In this document: positions 1-8,874 of the stretch, one piece after another
Position numbering within the stretch: the first letter of the stretch is position 1
Layout: each line of letters begins with the position of its first letter
Assembly (NCBI RefSeq): GCF_035634895.1
Contig: NZ_DASQCC010000100.1
Coordinates: 333-64,332 of the forward strand
Reading direction: 5' to 3'
From: Actinophytocola sp.
Lineage (GTDB): Bacteria; Actinomycetota; Actinomycetes; Mycobacteriales; Pseudonocardiaceae
DNA length: 64,000 nt
Program-made: the position numbers and the translations under genes
The notes under the pieces: model-generated
Databases searched by the model: none
What the model was told of the DNA's origin: nothing
What the model saw: the letters and a program-made list of their open reading frames with translations, nothing else

Positions 1-2
1 TC

Positions 3-1082
3 GGCGTTCTTGGTCCGTGGAACTACCCGGTACACACGCCGATGGGCTCGATCTCCTACGCGTTGGCCGCGGGCAACGCGGTCGTGTTCAAGCCGAGCGA
101 GTACACGCCGGGCGTCGGCAGGTGGCTGGCCGAGAGCTTCGCCGAGATCGTGCCGGAGCAGCCGGTCTTCCAGCTGGTCACGGGCTACGGCGAGACCGGC
201 GCGGCGCTGTGCCGGTCGGGCGTGGACAAGCTGGCGTTCACCGGCTCCCCCGCGACGGGCAAGAAGATCATGGCCGCGTGCGCCGAGACGCTGACGCCGG
301 TCCTGGTCGAGGCGGGCGGCAAGGACGCGCTGCTGGTGGACGCGGACGCGGACCTCGACGCGGCGGCCGACGCGGCCGTGTGGGGCGGCATGTCGAACGC
401 GGGCCAGACGTGCGTCGGCGTCGAGCGGGTCTACGTGCACGAACGCGTGTACGACGACTTCGTGTCCAAGGTCGTGAAGATCGCCGGTGACGTGCGGGCG
501 GGCGACGACGCGGAGGCACAGATCGGGCCGATCACGATGCCGGGCCAACTGGCGATCATCCAACGGCACATCAAGGACGCGCTGGCCCGCGGTGGCCGGG
601 CGCTGGTCGGCGGCGCCGACGCGGTGGGCGAGCGTTTCGTGCAGCCGACGGTGCTGGTGGACGTGCCCGAGGACTCGTCGGCCGTGCGGGAGGAGACGTT
701 CGGCCCGACGCTGACGATCGCGAAGGTCGCCGACATGGACGAGGCGATCACGAAGGCCAACGACTCGAAGTACGCCCTGGCGTCGACGGTCTTCTCGAAG
801 CGGCGCGGAATGGAACTGGCACGGCGCCTGCGGTCCGGCATGACGGCGGTGAACGGGGTGATCTCGTTCGCGGGAATCCCGTCGCTGCCCTTCGGCGGCA
901 TCGGCGAGTCGGGTTTCGGCCGCATCCACGGCCCCGAGGGGCTCAAGGAGTTCGCCCGCCCGAAGGCGATCGCCCGTCAGCGGTTCCGCGCGCCACTGGT
1001 GCTGACCACGTTCAGCCGCACCGCTAAGACGGACGCGACGGTGGCGAAGCTGATCACCCTGCTGCACGGCAAGCGCCGCTGA
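3..1082 (+). CDS. aldehyde dehydrogenase family protein (5' end cut by window edge)
   Basis: The frame of ORF 42..1082 stays open to base 3 (GVLGPWNYPVHTP precedes the listed Met). FTGS, EAGGKD, QTCVGVERVYV and EETFGP motifs are typical of NAD(P)+ ALDHs. Confidence 0.9.
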   Translation, partial: GVLGPWNYPVHTPMGSISYALAAGNAVVFKPSEYTPGVGRWLAESFAEIVPEQPVFQLVTGYGETGAALCRSGVDKLAFTGSPATGKKIMAACAETLTPVLVEAGGKDALLVDADADLDAAADAAVWGGMSNAGQTCVGVERVYVHERVYDDFVSKVVKIAGDVRAGDDAEAQIGPITMPGQLAIIQRHIKDALARGGRALVGGADAVGERFVQPTVLVDVPEDSSAVREETFGPTLTIAKVADMDEAITKANDSKYALASTVFSKRRGMELARRLRSGMTAVNGVISFAGIPSLPFGGIGESGFGRIHGPEGLKEFARPKAIARQRFRAPLVLTTFSRTAKTDATVAKLITLLHGKRR

Positions 1083-1102
1083 GGTTCGGCCTCCGGCCCC
1101 GG

Positions 1103-1132
1103 TTTCCAGCGTACCGGCGGCCACCGACAATC
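1103..1132 (+). repeat. intergenic repeat module, copy 1 (TTTCCAGCGTACCGGCGGCCACCGACAATC)
   Basis: 22 of 28 aligned positions are identical to 1219-1249. Shares GGCCCCGGT..TACCGGC with 29637-29659. Confidence 0.7.
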
Positions 1133-1218
1133 CCCGCGCCCCACGACGGTTGTCCACAGCCCCGACCGGGCGAAGCTCGCACGAAAGGGACTTTCGTACG
1201 CCCCCGGGGGTCCCCCGA

Positions 1219-1249
1219 TTTCAACGCTACCGGGAGCCACCGACAAATC
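1219..1249 (+). repeat. intergenic repeat module, copy 2 (TTTCAACGCTACCGGGAGCCACCGACAAATC)
   Basis: Direct repeat of 1103-1132, 116 bp downstream. Preceded by CCCCCGGGGGTCCCCC. Confidence 0.7.
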
Positions 1250-1309
1250 TGGTGCTCACGCTGGTCAGGCGTCTGGTGGGACCAACAGCCGGGTTTTCGC
1301 GGACCGAGG

Positions 1310-2050
1310 TCAGGCCGCCTGGGCCGTCTGCCTGGTGAGCAGTGCCGGGTAGGTGATGGGGACCGCGTCGTGGTGTAGCGCGATGTCCACCGCGTCCAGG
1401 AGGGCCTGGCGGGGTCCGGAGCGGGACAGGTCCGTGGTGTCGACGGCCAGCCGGATCAGGTGACCCCGCCGTGCCGCCCGGGCCGTGCCCATCACCAGGG
1501 CGAAGCACCACCACGGCTCGGTTCGCTCACCGAAGCCGAAGCCCTGCACACGTCCTCTGTGGACGGTTTCGGTACGCAGGTCCCGGATGCCCATGAGGTC
1601 CGCGCACATCGTGAAACCCTTGTGGCGCAACGCGACCATCGCGCCAGGGGACACTATCCACCGCGGTGGCACGAAGGCGTCCGTGGTCAGGTTGAGGCGT
1701 TCCATCGCGGCGGCGGACGCCGTCAGGCGCAGTTTCGCCTCGTGGGCGGGAAGCGACGCGAACTCCGCGCGCCGGCGGACGGTGCGGGTTCTCGCGTCGG
1801 CCGGGTGGTCGTAGCCGTGCTGGAGCAGTGCGTTGCCGGCGGCCCGCTGCTCGCGCACCCAGCTCAGCACCATCCCCGGCTGGTCGGCGCCCGCGATCCT
1901 GGGGGCGAACAACATCGAGAAAGGTACGCCTCGAGAGGCCAGTTCCATGCTCAGATCGCTGGCGCGATCCAGTGTCCAGGCGTTGATCCCGGACAGCGAC
2001 ACCATCAGTCGAGCGGACACGCCACCCATGACGACATGCATGGATGACAC
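1310..2050 (-). CDS. DUF2334 / polysaccharide-deacetylase-like protein
   Basis: 246-aa ORF with GTG 2050 or ATG 2041. HGYDH and FVPPRW stretches resemble DUF2334 proteins. The family call is from memory only. Confidence 0.5.
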   Translation of the reverse strand: MSSMHVVMGGVSARLMVSLSGINAWTLDRASDLSMELASRGVPFSMLFAPRIAGADQPGMVLSWVREQRAAGNALLQHGYDHPADARTRTVRRRAEFASLPAHEAKLRLTASAAAMERLNLTTDAFVPPRWIVSPGAMVALRHKGFTMCADLMGIRDLRTETVHRGRVQGFGFGERTEPWWCFALVMGTARAARRGHLIRLAVDTTDLSRSGPRQALLDAVDIALHHDAVPITYPALLTRQTAQAA

Positions 2051-2162
2051 CTACCTGACGCGAAGGTGACGTGTCGCCGAACAGTGGCCCGGTTTCATGC
2101 GGAGTTCATGCATGCCACGAGTGGGTGTCATTGTCCAGTTTGCCTGCTCGTAGGGTTTGACG

Positions 2163-2975
2163 ATGAGCTACGACTGGATCTCGTTCACCACCGACTACGG
2201 AACCGATGACGGGTTCGTCGGTGTCTGCGAGGGAGTCGTCGCGGGGATCGCGGCCGGGCCGCGGATCATCCACATCAGCCACACGATACCGCCCCAGGAT
2301 GTGCGGCGGGGGGCCGCGGTTCTCGCCCAGTCCGTACCGTTCCTCCCGCCGTCGGTGCACCTGGCGGTGGTCGACCCGGGGGTCGGGACCGACCGAAAGG
2401 GTGTCGTGGTCGTGACCTCGCGGGGGTTGCTCGTCGGACCGGACAACGGCCTCCTGATGCCGGCCGCTGAGTTGCTCGGCGGGGCGCGGGCGGCCTACGA
2501 GCTGACCGAGCCGGCCTACCGGCTGTCGCCGGTGTCGGCCACCTTCCACGGGCGGGACGTCTTCGCGCCCGCCGCCGCGCACCTGGCCGCCGGGGTGCCG
2601 GCCGAGCGCCTCGGCCCGCCGGTCGACCCGGCCACGCTCGTGCGCCTACCGGAGCCGAAGACGTTCGTGGAGACGGGAAAGCTGTCCACGGAGATCCGGT
2701 ACATCGACACCTTCGGCAACCTCCAACTGGCCGCGACCGCCGCCGACCTGGACGCCAGCGGCGCGGTCCTCGGCGCCACCGCACACGCCGACCTCAACGG
2801 CCGCTCGATGACGGCCACCGTCGCCCGCACCTTCGCCGACACGACCCGCGACGGGCTGATCCTCTACGTCGACTCGGGCGGCCGGGTGGCACTCGCGGTC
2901 AACGGCGGCTCGGCGGCCCACGCCTTCGGCGGCAAGGTCGGCGACCCGGTACGACTCCTGTTCGCACGGAGTTAG
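2163..2975 (+). CDS. SAM hydroxide adenosyltransferase / halogenase-like (DUF62) family protein
   Basis: ATG 2163 (TTG 2157 is an alternative). ISFTTDYGTDDGFVGVCEGV and VDPGVGT are hallmarks of the DUF62 SAM-cleaving family. Confidence 0.8.
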   Translation: MSYDWISFTTDYGTDDGFVGVCEGVVAGIAAGPRIIHISHTIPPQDVRRGAAVLAQSVPFLPPSVHLAVVDPGVGTDRKGVVVVTSRGLLVGPDNGLLMPAAELLGGARAAYELTEPAYRLSPVSATFHGRDVFAPAAAHLAAGVPAERLGPPVDPATLVRLPEPKTFVETGKLSTEIRYIDTFGNLQLAATAADLDASGAVLGATAHADLNGRSMTATVARTFADTTRDGLILYVDSGGRVALAVNGGSAAHAFGGKVGDPVRLLFARS

Positions 2976-3804
2976 GACCTGCCGGCACCCAGCGACACCT
3001 GGAAATCCCGGGGAGGCGGACTAGCCCTGGATCATGCTGCGCCAGTCGCGGCCGTGCGATAGGTCCTTCAGCAGCGCCAGGTAGTTGTCGTGCAGTACAA
3101 CCCGGTAGCACGGGGCCACCCGTGAGGGTCGTGACCACGCCGCCCGCCTCCGTCACGATCACCGGAATTGGCGCGAGATCCTCGTAGTCCATGCTCCCGC
3201 CGGCGATGACGACAGCGTCGACCCGGCCGGTGACCAGTCCGACGATGTCGCCGGTCGTCTGCAGGAAGACCGTGCGGTGCAACGTGGTCAGCAGTTCCTC
3301 GGACCAGGTCCCGGGGTTGATCATCGCGGTGCGGGCGCCGCTGAGCTTCACGCGGTCGCCAACCCGCGTCGGCGTGGTCGCCGAGCCGATCGACCGCCAG
3401 CAGCCCCGTCCACGGCCCGCGTAGATCGTCTGCCGAGCGACCGGCTCGTGGATGACGCCGATGGCCGGTCCGTGCTCGTCCTCGAAGGCGATCCGCGTCG
3501 AGAAGACCGGGATCCGGTGGGCGAAGTAGTAGGTCCCGTCGATGGGGTCGACCACCCAGCGGCGGCCCGACGTACCGGCGGAGGTCCCCAGCTCCTCGCC
3601 GTAGACCTCGTCGCGGGGAAACCGGTCGGCCAGCTCTGTGCGGACCAGCGCCTCGACGGCGAGATCGGCCTCGGTGACCTCGGTGCCGTCAGGCTTGAAG
3701 GACACCCGTGTGCCGGCGAAGAACCGCTCGGTGACCAGGTCGCCGGCGCGCCGGGCGAGGCCGACGGCGAAGTCGACCAGGTCCTGGTCGGCCGGTGGGG
3801 TCAA
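2899..3804 (-). CDS. inositol monophosphatase / histidinol-phosphatase (HisN/SuhB) family protein, apparently frameshifted near 3100-3118
   Basis: WVVDPIDGT and EAGG motifs of the IMPase superfamily. The start overlaps the MOSC gene stop (ATGA). The last ~70 aa of the listed ORF are Arg/Pro-rich and overlap the convergent gene. A shifted frame gives a family-like C-terminus ending at 3021. Confidence 0.8.
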   Translation of the reverse strand: MTPPADQDLVDFAVGLARRAGDLVTERFFAGTRVSFKPDGTEVTEADLAVEALVRTELADRFPRDEVYGEELGTSAGTSGRRWVVDPIDGTYYFAHRIPVFSTRIAFEDEHGPAIGVIHEPVARQTIYAGRGRGCWRSIGSATTPTRVGDRVKLSGARTAMINPGTWSEELLTTLHRTVFLQTTGDIVGLVTGRVDAVVIAGGSMDYEDLAPIPVIVTEAGGVVTTLTGGPVLPGCTARQLPGAAEGPIARPRLAQHDPGLVRLPGISRCRWVPAGPNSVRTGVVPGRRPCRRRRGPPSRR

Positions 3805-4607
3805 TGGACGACGACCTCGTCGCCGGGGTTGATCTCGCCCGGGGTCGTCACCGCCACCTTGATGCCGAAGCTCACGCCGCCCTCCGGCTCCCTGCGGTAG
3901 TCGGCCAGCGTGCGTAGCGGCTCGGGGCCGGCGGAGGTGCCGGTCGGCTGGTCGACCATCGTCACCTTGCAGCGGACGTCCGGCTTCACCCAGCGCAGGC
4001 GCGTCGAGCCGATGGTGAACTCGCGGATCCCGTCCTCGGTGTACGGCGCCTCCCAGCCGGTGACCACGATGTTGGGCCGGAACCGTGCCATCGGCACCGG
4101 CTTCGCGCCCCTCGCCAGGATCCGGGCGTTGAGATCGTCCAGGGACGACTGCGACGTCAGGTGCAGCGGCGTGGAGTCGGTGAAGGTGATGTCGCCATGC
4201 CGGTCGTCCACCGCCCGCCGGTGGTCCGGGGCCACGCGGACCAGGCGCACGGGCTCGCCGAGCAGCGTGCTCGCCCAGTCCGCCGGCTCGTCGCCCTGGT
4301 CGACCGCCTCGCCGTCCCAGACGCCGTGGATTCCCACCGTCAGCCGGGGACCGTCCGGACGGACGTTCACGATCACCGACTCGTGGTCCGGCGCGGACAG
4401 GGTCAGCTTGTCGGCCTCGGTGGTCAGCTCCGGCCGGACGACGGCGAGCTTCGACGTGCTGCGCTGGCTGCGGAACAGCCCGTCCGGCCGGACGAACATG
4501 AACGTGCGGTCGTGCAGTACTCCGGTGGGGAGTACCCGCGCGTGGGTCAGAGGGGTGCCGGCACAGCCCTTGACCGGGTAGAGCATCAGCTGGGAGACAG
4601 TCGCCAC
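3801..4607 (-). CDS. MOSC domain-containing protein (YcbX-like)
   Basis: N-terminal LYPVKGCAG beta-barrel signature plus a C-terminal MOSC-like region. 4-nt overlap with the downstream IMPase gene. Confidence 0.8.
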   Translation of the reverse strand: MATVSQLMLYPVKGCAGTPLTHARVLPTGVLHDRTFMFVRPDGLFRSQRSTSKLAVVRPELTTEADKLTLSAPDHESVIVNVRPDGPRLTVGIHGVWDGEAVDQGDEPADWASTLLGEPVRLVRVAPDHRRAVDDRHGDITFTDSTPLHLTSQSSLDDLNARILARGAKPVPMARFRPNIVVTGWEAPYTEDGIREFTIGSTRLRWVKPDVRCKVTMVDQPTGTSAGPEPLRTLADYRREPEGGVSFGIKVAVTTPGEINPGDEVVVH

Positions 4608-4651
4608 CCCACCGAGACTAACGGCGCCGGCCAGGCGGAACCTCCCGGTTT

Positions 4652-6085
4652 CTAGAGGATCGCCCCCGGCACGTACGCGGCCGCCTCCGGGAAGCGGGCC
4701 ACGACGTCCGACACGCGCTTCACCACCGCCGCCACCTGGGCGTTCGCCACGCCGGTGAACGGGAGGCGGTCGGCCAGCAGGTCGTCCAGCCCTGCGCGCG
4801 ACAGCGGGATCCGGTCGTCCGCGGCCAGCCGGTCCAGCAGGTCGTTGCGCTCGACCCCCTGCTCACGCATGGCCAGGGCCACCGCGACCGCGTGTTCCTT
4901 GATCGCCTCGTGGGCGGTCTCCCGGCCGACGCCGGCCTGCACCGACGCCATCAGCACCTTCGTCGTCGCCAGGAACGGCAGGTAGCGGTCCAGCTCTCTG
5001 CCGATCACCGCCGGGTACGCGCCGAACGAGTCGAGCACGGTCAGGAACGTCTCGATCAGCCCGTCCAGCGCGAAGAACGCGTCCGGCAACGCCACCCGGC
5101 GCACCACCGAGCACGACACGTCGCCCTCGTTCCACTGGTCGCCGGCCAGCTCGCCGACCATCGACGCGTAGCCGCGGAGGATCACCGCGAAGCCGTTGAC
5201 GCGTTCGCTGGACCGGGTGTTCATCTTGTGCGGCATGGCCGACGAGCCCACCTGGCCGGGGCGGAAGCCCTCCGTCGCCAGCTCGTGACCGACCATCAGG
5301 CGGATGGTCTTCGCGAGGCTCGACGGCGCGGCGGCCACCTGCACCAGCGCGGTCACCACGTCGTAGTCCAGCGACCTCGGGTACACTTGGCCGACGCTGT
5401 CGAAGACGTGCGCGAAACCGAGATGACCCGCGATGGTCCGCTGGAGCCTGTCCAGCTTGGCCGCGTCGCCGCCCAGCAGGTCCAGCATGTCCTGCGCGGT
5501 GCCGACCGGACCCTGGATGCCACGCAGCGGGTAGCGCTCCACCAGCGAGTCGAGCCGCTCGAACGCGACCAGCAGCTCGTCCGCCGCGGACGCGAACCGC
5601 TTGCCCAGCGTCGTGGCCTGGGCGGCCACGTTGTGCGACCGGCCGGCCATCACCAGCTCGCCGTGCTCGGTCGCGAGCGTCGCCAGCCGGGCCAGCACGG
5701 CCACCGTCCTGACCCGGACGTGCTCCAGCGACCTGCGGAGCTGCAGCTGCTCAACGTTCTCCGTGAGGTCGCGGGACGTCATGCCCTTGTGCACGTGCTC
5801 GTGCCCGGCGAGCTCGTTGAACTCCTCGATCCGGGCCTTGACGTCGTGCAGCGTCACTCGTTCACGGGCCGCGATCGACGCCAGGTCGACGTGGTCGACC
5901 ACCCGCTCGTAGTCGGCGATCACCCCGTCGGGCACGTCGATGCCCAGTTCGGCCTGCGCACGCAGCACGGCGAGCCACAGCCTGCGCTCCAGCACGATCT
6001 TGTGCTCGGGCGACCACAGCTCGGCCAGCTCGGCGGAGGCGTAGCGGTTGGCCAGGACGTTCGGGATGCGTGGCTTGGGCGTCAC
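4652..6085 (-). CDS. purB: adenylosuccinate lyase
   Basis: GTG at 6085 gives 477 aa starting VTPKPRIPNVLANRYAS. The upstream 98 aa of the 575-aa ORF are Arg/Ser-rich junk. Fumarate-lyase signature GSSAMPHKMN. Confidence 0.95.
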   Translation of the reverse strand: MTPKPRIPNVLANRYASAELAELWSPEHKIVLERRLWLAVLRAQAELGIDVPDGVIADYERVVDHVDLASIAARERVTLHDVKARIEEFNELAGHEHVHKGMTSRDLTENVEQLQLRRSLEHVRVRTVAVLARLATLATEHGELVMAGRSHNVAAQATTLGKRFASAADELLVAFERLDSLVERYPLRGIQGPVGTAQDMLDLLGGDAAKLDRLQRTIAGHLGFAHVFDSVGQVYPRSLDYDVVTALVQVAAAPSSLAKTIRLMVGHELATEGFRPGQVGSSAMPHKMNTRSSERVNGFAVILRGYASMVGELAGDQWNEGDVSCSVVRRVALPDAFFALDGLIETFLTVLDSFGAYPAVIGRELDRYLPFLATTKVLMASVQAGVGRETAHEAIKEHAVAVALAMREQGVERNDLLDRLAADDRIPLSRAGLDDLLADRLPFTGVANAQVAAVVKRVSDVVARFPEAAAYVPGAIL

Positions 6086-6095
6086 GCACCCCAGC

Positions 6096-6917
6096 CTAGA
6101 GTCCCAGCTCGGTGTCGGTCGCGAGCCTGCGCAGCTGCTCGACGGACACCGGGATGGTCTCCTTGGTGAGCTTCGGGCCGCCGCTGAGCGCGTAGTTGTA
6201 CGCGGCGGCCTCGACCGCGGCACCGTCGCGCCGGAGGTGGTAGACGGCCGAGATCTTCCCGCCGGCCACGAACCCGCCCAGGTCCTGGTCCACGGCCATG
6301 AGCACGCCGCCGTCCTGCTCGCCGATCTTTCGGCAGGTGCCCTCCGAGCACGCCGTGTCGACCAGGTCGTTCGCGCCACCGGGCACCCATGTCTGGACCA
6401 GGATCGAGTACCGGACGCCGTCGATGGTGAAGTCGATGGCGCCGTTCACGTTCGTCTGGCCCTCGTAGTACTCACCGGTGGCCTCGCCGCCGAACTCGGA
6501 GACCTCGATCTCCGACGCGTTGGGCAGCACGGAAGGCATGATCTCCCGCAGGTGCGCCGCCATGTCCGTGCCACGCGCACGCAGCTTGTCGATCGGGAAC
6601 TGGACCGGCGTGACGTCCTTGGCCGGCCACTGGATCCGAGACGGCGACGGGGACGTCTCGGACCCGGTGGCCGTCGACTCGGTGGTCGTGGCCGGCCCCT
6701 GGCCCGCCTCCACCTGCGACGACAGGCGGCCCAGCGCGACCGGCAGCGCCACGGCCGCCACCGCGACCGCCACGGTCGCCACGCCGACCCCCATCAGCGC
6801 GCGGCGCCGCCTGACCTGCTGACGCGCGGCCGCGACCAGCACGTCCGGGTCGAAGTCGAGCGGCGGCTCCTCGGCGACGGCGTCCCGCATACCGCCGCGC
6901 ACGTCTTCCTCACTCAT
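6096..6917 (-). CDS. membrane-anchored partner of ECF sigma factor (putative anti-sigma / regulatory protein)
   Basis: ATG 6917 overlaps the sigma gene stop (ATGA). Charged N-terminus, a single TM (VGVATVAVAVAAVALPVAL), a Ser/Thr/Pro linker and a ~190-aa extracytoplasmic domain. Confidence 0.6.
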   Translation of the reverse strand: MSEEDVRGGMRDAVAEEPPLDFDPDVLVAAARQQVRRRRALMGVGVATVAVAVAAVALPVALGRLSSQVEAGQGPATTTESTATGSETSPSPSRIQWPAKDVTPVQFPIDKLRARGTDMAAHLREIMPSVLPNASEIEVSEFGGEATGEYYEGQTNVNGAIDFTIDGVRYSILVQTWVPGGANDLVDTACSEGTCRKIGEQDGGVLMAVDQDLGGFVAGGKISAVYHLRRDGAAVEAAAYNYALSGGPKLTKETIPVSVEQLRRLATDTELGL

Positions 6918-7438
6918 GACGCGACCCTCCCCATCAGTTCCGACACACAGGTCCGCAGCGATTCGAGGCCGCGGGCCGACTGGCTCTTGACCGTGCCCTC
7001 CGAGCAGGCCATGACGTCGGCCGTCTCGGCGACGGACAGGTCGTCGAAGTAGCGAAGGACCAGCACGGCGCGTTGCCGGGGCGGCAGGCGCAGCAGGCCC
7101 TGGTGGACGAGGTCGCGGGCCCACAGCCGCTCCGGGCTGTCGGCCGGGCCGCGTCCCTCGTCGTGGCGTTCCGGGACCTCGGCGGCCGACTGCTCGGACC
7201 GCCGCCACGGCCGGCGCTTCTCGTCCAGCCAGGTGCGCAGCAGGACCGTGCGGCTGTAGTTCGAGAGGCTCTCGTCCTTCTCGACCCGCGTCCACGACCG
7301 GTAGATCTTGATCAATGTGGTCTGCATCAGGTCCTCCGCGAGGTGCCAGTCACCGCAGTACAGGTACGCCGACCTGCGCAGTCGGGCGGCGTGCTCGACC
7401 GCGAACCGGCGAAAGCTCTCCTCGTCGGACTGTCGCAT
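6914..7438 (-). CDS. SigE-family ECF RNA polymerase sigma factor
   Basis: SAYLYCGDWHLAEDLMQ (region 2), PPRQRAVLVLRYFDDLS and CSEGTVKSQSARGL (region 4). ATG 7438 has an AAGGGGG RBS and aligns with the N-terminus of the paralog at 8871-9389. The alternative ATG 7477 overlaps the TetR stop (TGATG). Confidence 0.85.
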   Translation of the reverse strand: MRQSDEESFRRFAVEHAARLRRSAYLYCGDWHLAEDLMQTTLIKIYRSWTRVEKDESLSNYSRTVLLRTWLDEKRRPWRRSEQSAAEVPERHDEGRGPADSPERLWARDLVHQGLLRLPPRQRAVLVLRYFDDLSVAETADVMACSEGTVKSQSARGLESLRTCVSELMGRVAS

Positions 7439-7476
7439 GGGCCCCCTTTCGCCCATTACCCACGACGCGATGCCCA

Positions 7477-8064
7477 TCAGGGTTGCAAGGACTCGCGGAG
7501 CATCCGTTTCGCGACCGCGCGGGGGTCCGGGTTCACCTCGATCAGCGCGTTGACCACGGCGCCGTCCACCAGCGCGATGAGGTGCTCGATGCGTCGCTCG
7601 TCGACCGGGACGCCCGAGCGGGCCAGGATCTCGGCGAGCAGCGCCCGCAGCTCGACGCCGAGCGTGCGCATCAGTGGGCGCAGGTAGGGGCGGCGGAACG
7701 TCGCCACCAGGCGCTCGTACCGCAGCAGCACCAGCTCGGCGTCCCGTTCGCCGGCCGGCGAGCCGAGCAGCTGGTCGAGCACGAGGTCGATGACGGACTC
7801 GAGGTCGCGCCGCTCGGCGGGGAGCGCCTCCAGCAGCTCACGGCCGCGGACCAGCTCGGCCCTGGCGTGGTGCTCGACCGCGGCCGTCATCAGCTCGTCC
7901 AGCGAGTCGAAGTAGTACGTGGTGGACGCCAGCGGCAGGCCGGCGCGCTCGGCGACGGCCCGGTGCCGGACGGCGTCGAAGCCGCCCTCGACCAGCAGCG
8001 CCGCCGCGGCCGCCACGAGCGACTGGCGACGCCGCTCGCCTTTGGGGGTGCTGGCGGCCGTCAT
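7477..8064 (-). CDS. TetR/AcrR family transcriptional regulator
   Basis: N-terminal HTH (FDAVRHRAVAERAGLPLASTTYYF) and an all-helical C-terminal domain, 195 aa. Confidence 0.85.
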   Translation of the reverse strand: MTAASTPKGERRRQSLVAAAAALLVEGGFDAVRHRAVAERAGLPLASTTYYFDSLDELMTAAVEHHARAELVRGRELLEALPAERRDLESVIDLVLDQLLGSPAGERDAELVLLRYERLVATFRRPYLRPLMRTLGVELRALLAEILARSGVPVDERRIEHLIALVDGAVVNALIEVNPDPRAVAKRMLRESLQP

Positions 8065-8100
8065 GCCGAGAAATCGTACGGCTCAGTAGATCCTGGCGAT

Positions 8101-8874
8101 TCAGTAGATTCTGGCGATGTCCCTGGCGAAGCGGGACAGGTCCGCCTCGTACGGCGCGGCGTCACCCGCGCTCGCCGGCTCGCTCACCACGAGCACCTGC
8201 CGGCCGTCGCTCGTGGGCGCGAGGGCCTGGGCGCTGCCGGAGCTGGCCGCGGTGAAGGCCGTGTCACTGGCAGACACGAGAAGGACGTTGAGCCGGCCTT
8301 CCGGAAGGTCGAAAGCGGCGCCCGTGGTGTCGCCGCCGCAGCTCATGGAGACCGGCACGGCATCGTTGGCTTTGATTCCGGCGGCGGCCGGGAGCTCGCC
8401 CGCGAGGGCAGCAGCGAGCTCCCGGTCCACCTGTTCGCACCCACTAGGAGTGCCGGTGGGCCCCGCAGGCCCACCATTCCCATTCGGAGTGCCCCCCTGC
8501 TTGGGCGACCCCGACGGGAAGTCTTCCGCACGCTGACTCTCCGTCGGTGCGGCAGTTTTACCGTCCTCGTTTGGTAACTCGTCTGGAGCAGCGAGTTCGT
8601 TACCGGTTGAAGCGGAAACGCCAGCACTTGCCGAGTCCGAGTACGAACCCTGCCCTGTCCACAATGCCACGCCCAACGCCGTCGCGCCCGCGAGAACCGC
8701 CACACCAAAGGCGGAACCTGCGAGTAACCCGTTCCGGCGACGGGCCCGCTGGCGTTCCGACTCCCTGGTGACGTCGGTCCGCGTGAACGTCGGCGGCGGA
8801 GTGTCCGCGACCGCGTCTTTCAGCAGCTCGGCGAGCTTCTTCTCGTCCATTCCGCCACCTCCTTCCACGCTCAT
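8101..8874 (-). CDS. membrane-anchored partner of ECF sigma factor (putative anti-sigma / regulatory protein)
   Basis: ATG 8874 overlaps the sigma stop (ATGA). Single TM (LLAGSAFGVAVLAGATALGVALW), a low-complexity linker and a C-terminal domain with Cys residues. Same architecture as 6096-6917, but the C-terminal domain is unrelated. Confidence 0.6.
   Translation of the reverse strand: MSVEGGGGMDEKKLAELLKDAVADTPPPTFTRTDVTRESERQRARRRNGLLAGSAFGVAVLAGATALGVALWTGQGSYSDSASAGVSASTGNELAAPDELPNEDGKTAAPTESQRAEDFPSGSPKQGGTPNGNGGPAGPTGTPSGCEQVDRELAAALAGELPAAAGIKANDAVPVSMSCGGDTTGAAFDLPEGRLNVLLVSASDTAFTAASSGSAQALAPTSDGRQVLVVSEPASAGDAAPYEADLSRFARDIARIY

Noticed and set aside
4652-6379. N-terminal extensions of housekeeping ORFs: purB to 6379, purA to 26451, purD to 20340, clpB to 59104, phoD to 33020 and TAXI to 23340.
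   Set aside because: The extensions are Arg/Ser/Pro-rich junk. Conserved protein N-termini begin at internal ATG/GTG codons, often with an RBS or overlapping the upstream stop. The shorter coordinates are used.
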